From positions 1-13,052 of the forward strand of contig WJMJ01000140.1 of the NCBI GenBank assembly GCA_014728035.1: DNA of 13,052 nt, read 5' to 3'. Source of the stretch: Promethearchaeota archaeon (GTDB lineage Archaea; Asgardarchaeota; Thorarchaeia; Thorarchaeales; Thorarchaeaceae). A model generated the notes under the pieces. That model was not told the DNA's origin. It did no database searches and saw nothing but the letters and a program-made list of their open reading frames with translations. The translations under genes were made by a program, and so were the position numbers. Shown here in pieces: positions 1 to 9,000 of this stretch (the first letter of the stretch is position 1; every line of letters starts with the position of its first letter).

Positions 1-245
1 AACCCACCAAGAGAGTCCAGTATCGAACCCAGCTCAGCGTACTCCTTAGGCGGAATCCCTGCCCATGCGGGCTTAACTCCGTCAAGAACACGAAAGAGCT
101 GTTTGAGATCATCAAAGAAGTCCTTCCAGTCCTGACCACCCCTAGCCCCTGCTAATCGCGTTCCGGCCTTTGCCCCTGATAACCAGAGGATATCGGGAAC
201 ATGGCAGTATTCGAAGACAGAGATTCCATCGTTAGCTGATAACAT
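1..245 (-). CDS. Possible partial CDS running off the window start (MLSANDGISVFEYCHVPDILWLSGAKAGTRLAGARGGQDWKDFFDDLKQLFRVLDGVKPAWAGIPPKEYAELGSILDSLGG...)
   Basis: Manual translation: ATG at 245-243, open to position 1, protein-like composition. A competing + strand frame (3..155, ...RRNPCPCGLNSVKNTKELFEIIKEVLPVLTTPSPC*) is also open, so the coding strand is ambiguous. Confidence 0.3.
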   Translation of the reverse strand, partial: MLSANDGISVFEYCHVPDILWLSGAKAGTRLAGARGGQDWKDFFDDLKQLFRVLDGVKPAWAGIPPKEYAELGSILDSLGG

Positions 246-435
246 ACTGATAGTTATGTATTAACAGTCTTAGCATCATCGAAAACCCGTTACGCGGCCG
301 TATCTGCCATTTTTAGTTATAATGAGCATTATGACCTTTCTACTACAGTTAATACGGTCTTATAACCTCGCTATCCATAATATAGAATCAATGATGTGTT
401 ATCATGGTATCCCTTTGCCAATTCGTTGCGGTTTT

Positions 436-463
436 TGGATAGGTTTTGGTCAAAAACTATCCA
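436..463. repeat. 28-bp imperfect palindrome TGGATAGGTTT-TGGTCA-AAAACTATCCA
   Basis: The 11-bp arms match at 10/11 positions as inverted repeats. It overlaps the stop codon of the 457..621 minus-strand ORF. Confidence 0.7.
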
Positions 464-621
464 TGTATGAACCTTAATAGAAAGTCAAAGAACCACTTTC
501 GCTTGTAGTACTGCCAGTTCAGTATCTCATCCAGACTGGCAACAGCCTCACGATGGACCAACCATGCCTTAAATGCAAGTTCAATATCTTTCTCTTTGTC
601 TTGGTGGCGTATCTCCAACAT
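457..621 (-). CDS. Small hypothetical protein (54 aa, MLEIRHQDKEKDIELAFKAWLVHREAVASLDEILNWQYYKRKWFFDFLLRFIHG)
   Basis: The ORF track gives 457..663, but AGGAGAGG lies 4 nt upstream of the ATG at 621, which favours that start. Confidence 0.5.
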   Translation of the reverse strand: MLEIRHQDKEKDIELAFKAWLVHREAVASLDEILNWQYYKRKWFFDFLLRFIHG

Positions 622-786
622 TATTCCTCTCCTTGAATGTCGCTGGAGATTGTTAGACTTCACACCTTATGTCTCTTTCGCTTGATAGTCTCGGAACTCT
701 CTCGCCCCCGTAACGGTCCGTTTGAACGGATAGACCAGATGAAAAAATCTCTTGGGGATAAGAATATTGTATCGATGTGATTGACC

Positions 787-1128
787 ATGTCTAGAATTCC
801 AACCAATAGATCGCTCAACTCGAATAGAACACGAATCGGATACGCAAGACAGAGGCCTGAGAGCAAGAGTGAAGATGAACCTGAGAGGAAATACTTTGAG
901 CAAAGGTCCATAACGACAGACCCCAATCCCGAAAACTTGAGCAGAGAAGAAATCCTGGAATTGGTCAAGTTCTGTCCTCTCTGTGGGGTTGAGTGGCCTG
1001 AGGGAGGGTATGTCTGTTCGAACAAAGACTGCGGAGCGAAGGTGCGAATCGAACCCAAGGCCCATAACTGGTTCCTGTTCTACCCGAAACATAACGGATG
1101 GGTGTTTCTAGAACCAAAGCATAGATAA
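787..1128 (+). CDS. Small zinc-ribbon protein
   Basis: CPLC-x10-CSNKDC four-Cys motif after a charged, probably disordered N-terminus. ATG at 787 is preferred over TTG at 781. Confidence 0.7.
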   Translation: MSRIPTNRSLNSNRTRIGYARQRPESKSEDEPERKYFEQRSITTDPNPENLSREEILELVKFCPLCGVEWPEGGYVCSNKDCGAKVRIEPKAHNWFLFYPKHNGWVFLEPKHR

Positions 1129-1171
1129 AGCGAATACAGAAGAAGTGTATTTATTGTACTGCTTTATCCCA

Positions 1172-1180
1172 TTTTATATA
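1172..1180 (+). promoter_or_regulatory. Putative archaeal TATA box for a leaderless transcript
   Basis: TTTTATATA ends about 22 nt upstream of ATG 1203, and no SD is visible. Confidence 0.4.
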
Positions 1181-1202
1181 GTTATGACAATCTCGTTCTT
1201 TG

Positions 1203-2093
1203 ATGCAAATGAATCAATATAATTACAAAAATGCGATTTATGATTTATTCATACAACTGTATCACAGTCAGCTACTTGATTGTGAATTAGTCGCGATTGA
1301 GCTAGAGCTATTCAAAAAGAATGATTTGCGTTCTGTCAAATTCTTCGAGTATTCCAGAATTGAATATGATGATGAATTCTTACTAATAATCAAATACATC
1401 AGATCGTTCTTGTTTGATTTTTCTGAGATAGATCAACGAAAGAAACGTGATTTAGTTGATAAAATACTCTCAAAAGAGTCAGAACAACTAGATAATATGC
1501 TAATCAGTTTTCTCAACACACTGCAAATACAACAGTATCTTACTGAAAAAGCTCAAGAACTACTGAAGTCAAACACTGATATCCGTCTTACAAGACTTGT
1601 CATCTTAGATTTTATTGCATTCATAATACGATATCAAAGAGTTATTTCAATCGAGTCAGATGATGACGTTGTGAATTTTGCATGCTCCGCTATTGAGCTT
1701 GCTTGCTCTGTTGTTAGATCTATTCAGAAGTACTATATTTATTCAGAATTGGCACAGTTCAAGATAGAACAAGATATACGAATGAGATCAGAACTTGACA
1801 AGATTCAGTGTGTTGAACAACATACTGAGATTGTGAAAAGATTACATAAGCTGTCTGAAATAAAGACAAAAGAAGACTTCCTAACATACGAAATCTGGGC
1901 AGCATTGATGTATTTCATTTATTATCTAGAACAAATACACTATGAAGAACATCTACAAATGCTAGAACGTAAAAAAACTGAATTCATGTTCCTTTTTGAG
2001 AGTGTTACGAAGCAGTTAGATAAGATGATCTCTAAACAAAAAGAACTAGATGAGTTGAATTTAGACGAAGACGAAGGGACATATAGAATCTAG
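1203..2093 (+). CDS. Hypothetical alpha-helical protein (about 296 aa)
   Basis: Long ORF in very AT-rich DNA, rich in E/K/L/I/Y, with an acidic tail. No family recognised. Confidence 0.75.
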   Translation: MQMNQYNYKNAIYDLFIQLYHSQLLDCELVAIELELFKKNDLRSVKFFEYSRIEYDDEFLLIIKYIRSFLFDFSEIDQRKKRDLVDKILSKESEQLDNMLISFLNTLQIQQYLTEKAQELLKSNTDIRLTRLVILDFIAFIIRYQRVISIESDDDVVNFACSAIELACSVVRSIQKYYIYSELAQFKIEQDIRMRSELDKIQCVEQHTEIVKRLHKLSEIKTKEDFLTYEIWAALMYFIYYLEQIHYEEHLQMLERKKTEFMFLFESVTKQLDKMISKQKELDELNLDEDEGTYRI

Positions 2094-2155
2094 CTCTGTC
2101 AGTTGTCAAATAAAAGGTGAACCCGGACATCCAGGGTTGGTGTTACCATATGCGA

Positions 2156-2175
2156 AATAGACTATCTAGTCTATT
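2156..2175. repeat. Perfect inverted repeat AATAGACTA-TC-TAGTCTATT
   Basis: 9-bp perfect arms with a 2-nt spacer, in an intergenic region. Confidence 0.75.
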
Positions 2176-2344
2176 GAAACTTGGTGAGAACTCGAAGTTC
2201 CTATTCAGATTCATTATCCATTTTCAATCCCTCAATCAGCTAGTATCAATGGTCAATAGTGATTATTGGTTTTAAGGTAGTACTCAGACAGAAAAATCCA
2301 GAAACATTCATACATCCACCAATAGATACTACCTACTAGTAATT

Positions 2345-2350
2345 GAGGTG
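2345..2350 (+). promoter_or_regulatory. Shine-Dalgarno site GAGGTG
   Basis: Lies 8 nt upstream of ATG 2359 and matches the canonical archaeal SD. Confidence 0.6.
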
Positions 2351-2358
2351 TGTATAAT

Positions 2359-2789
2359 ATGATTCCTGACGGAACTCCAGCTCACGAGGATATCATCATT
2401 GATAAAGAACAGATGCCTAGCTTTTCGGATGAATTCCAACGCATTCCGGACTTTCTAGGAGATAAAAAAGATTCAATAGCCCAATACAGAGGCCCAAACA
2501 ATATTCACATCCTAGAGTATGAAACTTATTGGAGTGTTCACTGGGATTGGGGTGACCCACGGACTATCCCTGGTGCTATTGTCCACATTTTCGCGGATGA
2601 TCCCGATGTTGGGTTGAGTCTGCTCATTGCAGCAGGTGCAGCTAAAGCAACCTATGATAAAACGAAATCCCCCCACGAGCACTACTGGTATTCGGTGCTG
2701 TGGCCTTTGGTACCTATAATCTTACAAAGGGCATCAGAGAACTGTTCTCCGTTCTTGCAGAATGGCTAACATCATTGATGAACACATAA
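2359..2789 (+). CDS. Small archaeal membrane-associated protein, apparently frameshifted at a C6 run (2669-2674)
   Basis: The N-terminal motif QYRG..IH..EY...W.VH.D..DP...HI..D.P resembles small uncharacterised archaeal proteins (from memory). The unshifted frame ends at 2769. The -1 frame after the C run reads PRALLVFGAVAFGTYNLTKGIRELFSVLAEWLTSLMNT* (stop 2787-2789), a more convincing transmembrane plus amphipathic C-terminus. Confidence 0.65.
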
Positions 2790-2916
2790 GGACCTATATC
2801 GCCTTGAGCTTACCCCGCATGAATATGTCCTCGAAGAAGAAGGCACTTGGGTCTTGATGACCTCGACCAAGTTGGGTCGTTCCAGTTCTAGTAGGTACTC
2901 CCGTGTTGCCAAAAGG

Positions 2917-3666
2917 TCACTCGGGTTCATCTGTTTCTGTATCAAACAGATCAAGAACCAATCGATAATTCAACTCGATACTGATCTCACGAACATCATC
3001 TTCATCAAAGAAATTCTGTGACATGTTTGGAAAGCGGCATAGAGCAACAGCAATACATATCTCCACCAGTCTATCAAAGAACCGCTCGCATTCAAGTTGT
3101 GACATCATCCTTCGGTGGCGAAGCAAATCGGTGAAATGTCCACTTGTTTTCAATACACTCTCTCCAGGATGAACGTAATCAGATAATTTTCCATATAGCT
3201 TAGCAATCCCTTCATTCAACTTAGTTGGAAAACCACATTCTGAATTCAGCGCACGTCCACGTATTCTATTCTCTTTTAGTGCGGTTATCTGTTCTTCCAG
3301 ACTCCTCTCTCTATGTGTTATGTCAATATAGTATGCCTCAACAAGGGACTCTAAGATGAACCTCATCTCACGTGCTGCAGGTTCAAACATTCCAGAGAGA
3401 ATAGTATAGATAGTCCACCATACATACACTTGTAGGTCTACATAACGCGAGAAGAATATGGTATCACTCCCTCTGGTATCTTGTTCATACTTTCCGACAA
3501 GAGACATTGGTATCATATAGAGTTTCAATCGCCTTCGCCATCTCTCTAACACTTCCGGATTCTTTCTAAGCTTCTCCGAATCTATTTCAAAGATTTCAAA
3601 TATTCCTCCTCTTGACTGTCTGGGTTCTATCACCTCTTCATCTTCTCCTAGTTTTATAACATCCAA
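2917..3666 (-). CDS. Hypothetical protein with DUF5677/HEPN-like helical motifs
   Basis: AAREMRFILES and LYGKLSDYVHP match the 'R..lE ... Y..LS..vH' pattern of DUF5677-type, HEPN-related proteins. Overlaps the upstream gene by 13 nt. Confidence 0.6.
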   Translation of the reverse strand: MDVIKLGEDEEVIEPRQSRGGIFEIFEIDSEKLRKNPEVLERWRRRLKLYMIPMSLVGKYEQDTRGSDTIFFSRYVDLQVYVWWTIYTILSGMFEPAAREMRFILESLVEAYYIDITHRERSLEEQITALKENRIRGRALNSECGFPTKLNEGIAKLYGKLSDYVHPGESVLKTSGHFTDLLRHRRMMSQLECERFFDRLVEICIAVALCRFPNMSQNFFDEDDVREISIELNYRLVLDLFDTETDEPE

Positions 3667-4226
3667 AAGATTTCGCCTGTGGGAAAATTCATGGGTTCGA
3701 TTGCAGATGATCTAAATTTCAACTTGTAGGTCTTTTCTAGTGTTTCCATGATATGAATAGATAATGTGACCTCTGAAGGTACCTGTTTGAAGTATTGATT
3801 GACAAAGAAACAACGCCAGATTCGTTTAGATTTTTCCAACATTTTGAAAGAGGTAATTGGTGCTGTATGTCCCTTTGCTATAAGCCTTAATTCTCTCTTT
3901 CCATCAAATATTGCGACATCTTCAATTCTGATCACTCGTTCTGTATTGTTACACAGTTTCAGTTCAATGAAGTGAATAGCCATATTGTGTTGTGCCTCAA
4001 CAGTGTGGATTGCATCTCGTACTATCACATCCAAGTCTTTCTTTTTCTCATATGCTAAAGATTCATCTCGAATGCAAATGCAGACTTGGATGACATTAGC
4101 TGATATCCCTAGCACAAGAAGAACTAGTAGAACAGTGGGATTATCGGGAATGAGAAGACCTATGACCACAAGAGTAGATGTGACTACCAACACTCCGCCT
4201 ATCCATATCCATTTTCGCGAAAACAC
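3654..4226 (-). CDS. Membrane-anchored protein: two N-terminal TM helices plus a beta-rich (possibly Ig-like) domain
   Basis: Two hydrophobic segments in aa 6-50 and a C-terminal strand pattern (FIELKLCNNTERVIRIEDVAI). GAGGG lies upstream of the GTG start. Confidence 0.7.
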   Translation of the reverse strand: MFSRKWIWIGGVLVVTSTLVVIGLLIPDNPTVLLVLLVLGISANVIQVCICIRDESLAYEKKKDLDVIVRDAIHTVEAQHNMAIHFIELKLCNNTERVIRIEDVAIFDGKRELRLIAKGHTAPITSFKMLEKSKRIWRCFFVNQYFKQVPSEVTLSIHIMETLEKTYKLKFRSSAIEPMNFPTGEIFWML

Positions 4227-4324
4227 GTATTTTCCCTCAATTATTCATGATTCTTTGATTTTATGTACTTTTTCACATTTGATGGACCCTAGCACAAAGG
4301 TTTATCCTCTTTCACTCAAAGCCT

Positions 4325-5632
4325 TTGGTGAGGAAATACTCTCATTGTCTAGCAGGAGTTCTTGAATCTGAATTGCATGGAGTAAAACGTAAAGATACCG
4401 AGGGAACATCGTGGGGGTTTTATTTTGTACTATTTTTGATCTTCATATTTGTATTTACCCTATCTTCTTTCCTGTTCTCTCCAATATTGGGACAATTACA
4501 AAACGTATCAACTGATTCATCCACTTTCGCCTTTGTTTTCATTTTCTTTCAGTTTATGTTAATGATTCTGCTCGTTGCCATACCCTCCTTTACAACTGCT
4601 ACAATTCATTATCTATTTCATAAGAGTTCTGAAGATTCAGAAGACCAGAGGATTCCAACAGTGAAGGAGCAAAGACAGGTTCTTTGGAATCTTGTTGATA
4701 GAGACTCAGTTGAGGCCTTAGATGAATACTGGGAGATATTCATCTCACTCATGGCGGTGTTTTTTGTCGCTATTGCCTTGATTGATGTGACCATCCAAGG
4801 GATTGCTGATTGGATTCAAATTCTGGTGACGGTGGTCTTCTGGGTATCCTACAAGGTTGGAAAGGCAAGACAGAGTATAGACCTTAGAATCATGACGATA
4901 GGAGCAGCAGTACAATTCCTTGTGCTGATAAGTTCTCTTCTCCTGATGTTCGGCTTGATTCAAGATGTTGTCATATTCTGGTTGAATACTGATGCCTACC
5001 TTGATCCCATTACAAACTTTCCCTCCCTCTATTGGTACTTCCGTGTGCTTGGAGCCTTCTTGATAGGTGCTTTCGGAGTTGGAGTCAGCAAGTATGTTGG
5101 AGTAGAAATCGGAATTCGCTGTTATCAGACCATCAAACTTGACACAACCTCCGATAAGAAAGAGGAATTGGATGTATTTGGTCTTCATCTGGTAAAGGGA
5201 GCTCTCCCATCCTATCTGTTCTATGGACTGCTATGGTTCATAGCATTCATTATTCCATTTACTGTGGCAACCGGAATGACTGATAATGCGTTTGCTATCT
5301 TTTTAGGTACCGCAATCCTGAGCCTTCTTCTGGTATTTGGATGGCTAGCTAAGATCTGGTATGCTAATAGAGTATTACAAGGAATCACGTTTTCAGGATT
5401 CTGGATTGTATTGATTCGATCCATCAAGTTTTCACAAAAGATTCTTAGCGGTTTCTTTCTGATATTGATTGGTCCAATTACGTTCTATGCTTTACCCCTC
5501 CTGATCTTCAGTTATGCGGTACAGATGGGTAGTATCGGAACCGCCATATTGTCTGGCATGGGGTGTGGACTTGTTCTCCTGACTGTTCATCTACTCTCTT
5601 TTCTACGTCCCACTAAAAAACATAGACGGTAG
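4325..5632 (+). CDS. Polytopic integral membrane protein of unknown function
   Basis: 435 aa with roughly ten hydrophobic segments. No transporter signature recognised; start codon uncertain. Confidence 0.8.
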   Translation: MVRKYSHCLAGVLESELHGVKRKDTEGTSWGFYFVLFLIFIFVFTLSSFLFSPILGQLQNVSTDSSTFAFVFIFFQFMLMILLVAIPSFTTATIHYLFHKSSEDSEDQRIPTVKEQRQVLWNLVDRDSVEALDEYWEIFISLMAVFFVAIALIDVTIQGIADWIQILVTVVFWVSYKVGKARQSIDLRIMTIGAAVQFLVLISSLLLMFGLIQDVVIFWLNTDAYLDPITNFPSLYWYFRVLGAFLIGAFGVGVSKYVGVEIGIRCYQTIKLDTTSDKKEELDVFGLHLVKGALPSYLFYGLLWFIAFIIPFTVATGMTDNAFAIFLGTAILSLLLVFGWLAKIWYANRVLQGITFSGFWIVLIRSIKFSQKILSGFFLILIGPITFYALPLLIFSYAVQMGSIGTAILSGMGCGLVLLTVHLLSFLRPTKKHRR

Positions 5633-5687
5633 ATCTCTGAGAAGATATCACGCCTCAATTCTCTGTTTCTAGAAAACAATCAATCTC

Positions 5688-5834
5688 ATGATCACTGCAC
5701 TACAAGTATTAACTCATCGAACCATCGATTTACACCTGAAGCAAATTCTCGAAGAATTGAAATCCTTCAACTCTGAACGATATATCTTCATAGTCCAGTT
5801 AGGAACGCTAATCTTCCTGAGATCATGCAAGTGA
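5688..5834 (+). CDS. Possible small ORF (48 aa, MITALQVLTHRTIDLHLKQILEELKSFNSERYIFIVQLGTLIFLRSCK)
   Basis: Manual translation; contains an amphipathic-looking LKQILEELKSF. No SD seen, and it is too short to appear in the ORF track. Confidence 0.2.
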   Translation: MITALQVLTHRTIDLHLKQILEELKSFNSERYIFIVQLGTLIFLRSCK

Positions 5835-6073
5835 AAGTTCGCTGACAAATCATGGAGATACGCCTTTAGCCATGAGATAGAGTAACATCTAGTCTAAACA
5901 TATCCATCAAAAAATCTAAATTCATTACTCTCGTAATCTATCCAAAGATGTAGGATGGATCAGGAATTTCTGAACGTGTTCGTAGTGTATTTTCTAATAT
6001 ACATTCTATTCTCCAAGCGATCAAAGACAGTGGAACACAAGCAACCATTGCTGTAGCTGAGAAGGTTGGGGTT

Positions 6074-9000
6074 TTGATTGCAGATGTGATTCAAAATGCT
6101 CCTGAAACGGGTTATGTTGTTGATGGAGTTGATTTTCTATCTAATATTTCAGGAATAATTTCCTCTCTTCGTTCATTCAAAGAGGAGAGAGATATCAGAA
6201 AATCAACAAAGAAATCTCTTGAAGATAGTTTACAGAGTCAAGGTATTACCTTATCCACTTCTCAATGGGAACTTTTAGAGCCGCTGATACGATGGGATGA
6301 TCCAGTAGTTCAACAGATATTCTTGTCTGGTTCTTTTTCCGGAGGTGTTACAGTCTGGTTAAGTGGTGTAAATGAGGAGGATATATTCACAACTGAGCAA
6401 ATTCAAGCTATATCTTCGATATACCGTGATGTGTTGGTTCATCGTGTTGTAAATGATCCCGTGATTGTAAGCTTTCAAACATCTGAGAAGCTTCAAGAAC
6501 TTGAAGCTTCCATCAATAAAATTATCAAGATTCTGCTGAGTCGCAATCTGGAAAGTCAGGGTGATATCAAACAGGCTGAACTGATTGGGTTGAAGACCTT
6601 TCGTTCAGTAGTGTTAGAGAATGAAAATGATGAACCTGATCCATTTAGAGGTTTGAAGACTGGCACTCCTCGTATGATTGACTTTGATAATGGGTATGTC
6701 ATTGACCCCCCTTATCTCTCTGAAGTGATCCGAAAATTTGACCTTTATTCCGCACAGAAACCCTATGCGGATTTTCTACTTCTGGGTCCCACTGGATCTG
6801 GAAAGACTTGGGGTTCGCTCTCCATTGGCTATCATTTTATCAAAAATGATTGGGTTGTATTTCAAATTGACCTCGAAAATATTGTACGGTATAACCTAAC
6901 TCCTAATCTAATACCCTTTCTTTTGAAACAATCTCAACGGACTGTATTGTTTGTAGAAAATGTTCATCTATATGTGGATTATGCGCGGGAGTTGATTGAA
7001 CAGATTCGTATGAATACTATTCTTCTTCAAAACCCGCTACGAATTCTAGTGATAGGTAGAAGCTCTATTGAATCTGATAATGAACGAATTCAACCCTTGT
7101 CTGAGCTGTTTGATACTGAGACTATTCTCTTTCTAAAACCAAATCCTAATTTTGCGGAGACCTATCTGACTCGATTAAGACAAGAGTTTGAGATCCATGA
7201 GGATTTCAAGGCAATATCTCTTCTTGAGCAGAGTGGTTCTTTTGCAATCTACTGTGAAGTACTTAGAAGAATCATAGAGGAATCTCAGGGATGTGGACCT
7301 GAAGATTATGATCCATGGGAGGAAATCTCGAAATATTCACTCCAGCGAAGGCTGGTTGATGTCTATGCCACCGATAGAAGAAAAGGTGCTATCATTCTCT
7401 CTGCAATTTCTGCTTTCTCTCGAATTGAATCTCCCTTGTTGGAAGATTTCTTGTTAGAGTACTTGGGAGATGCATATCAAGATACTTTGGGAGTACTAAT
7501 TTCTCACCAACAGCTATGGGTTCATGAAGTTTCTGATGTATTCCTTCGTAGATTGGGACTTCCACATCCTCGTCTAGCTGAGAACCTGTTTGAGTGGGGT
7601 AGAGAAGTACTTGGTATGTACTTGAAGCAAAAAGACACTCCTATCGAAGAAACGATCTATTTCGATTATCTTGATTATCTTGAAACACTTGATTCTGCAC
7701 TAAGACAAGATGAAGACTGTGTCTATGTTCACCGAATAACTACTCATTTAGGACTTGTTGAAGGTACGAGTGTGGTCGAGAAGATATTTCAATATCTTCT
7801 TCAGAAAATCGAAACCAGTACAGAGGAACTCTCTGACAGAGTGCGGACACTTACAGCTGGGTCGTTATACAATATTGGGAATTTTTACCGACAGCAAGAT
7901 GATTTCTGCAAAGCTATAATCGCATATACTTCAGCACTGCTTCTGCAAGATGATTTTGTACAAGCATGGAATAATCTTGGGGCTGTCTATCTACAGATGA
8001 AAGAGTATTCTTCAGCGACTGAGTGTCTTATACATGCAATTGAAGTAGATGATTCCCAATCATCCCCCTTTGCAAATCTATCCGCTGCTTATTTTAAACA
8101 GGAACTATCATGTCTTGGCTATATCACTGGTAAGATTGCTATCGAATTGGATCCAAACAATGCAACTGGTTGGTTCAATCTTGCTCGCTCTTGTCAGTTG
8201 AAGAAACGATACGAGGAAGCAATGGAATATCTCCATATAGCGATGGATCTTCATGAAACCATTTCTGTTCATTTGTATGAAATGGAATTGGAACTTCTTC
8301 ACGGGTTGAAAGAATATCGAAGAGCTTTACAGCGAGCAAAAGAAATTGGCAAATTAGGACATGAAACAGCTGTAATTTTTCTTCGTATTGGTGTCAGCAT
8401 GCTAAGACTGGAATGTTTTGACTCATCTGTAAAATGGCTAAAGATTGCATTGAAGAAGGATTCCGGTATCTATGAAGCATGGCTTTTCCTTGCGGAAGCT
8501 GAAACAAAACGGAATAATTGGGATTTAGCTGTGAAATACACCGAAAAAGCATTAGACATCTATCCTGACAGAGATATTGGTTTAGGATTCATGCTGACCA
8601 TATTTCTTCGTAATAAACAGAATCATTCTGATTTGTTGAAGCGATATTTAAGGGCAAAACCTACTGATATCAGTTTAGCAACACAGATAATTCGTTATCT
8701 ACTACATCTCAACTATACTTCCGATGCAGAACATATTGTGGACTGGTTGCTACAATCTCAAATTCAAGAGCAACTTGCACTTTTGGAGATATGTCACGAG
8801 TTCCTAAAGAAGAATTCATTAGAACCAGCTAACGATATTCTCCAAACATTTGAAAAAATACCTGAACCACCCATTGAGTTTTACGAAGCGAAGGCTGTTT
8901 TCATGTTCATGAGAAAAGAGTATGAAGCCTCCATAGAATTTGCAGAGAGAGTGTTATCTGACAACAGGGATAATTTACACTCCTTACTAGCTTGTGGATT

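Noticed and set aside
258-355. Inverted pair GTATTAACAGT / ACAGTTAATAC
   Set aside because: A 10/11 match in AT-rich DNA is too weak to support a feature.
660-1092. Minus-strand ORFs 660..1058 and 667..1092
   Set aside because: Antisense to the zinc-ribbon ORF 787..1128, which has a clear motif; these translations lack protein-like features.
2772-2954. 60-aa minus-strand ORF
   Set aside because: Short, overlaps the end of the 2917..3666 gene in another frame, and has no motif.
3985-4365. 126-aa plus-strand ORF
   Set aside because: Ser/Thr/Arg-rich shadow of the membrane protein on the opposite strand.
4745-5427. Minus-strand ORFs 4745..5188 and 5221..5427
   Set aside because: Antisense shadows of the polytopic membrane protein.
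5790-5875. Minus-strand frame containing FHLHDLRK, reminiscent of the tyrosine-recombinase HxLR motif
   Set aside because: Short frame with no start codon before the motif and no downstream LGH or catalytic Tyr motif; likely chance.
8108-8302. 64-aa minus-strand ORF
   Set aside because: Antisense, inside the TPR gene.
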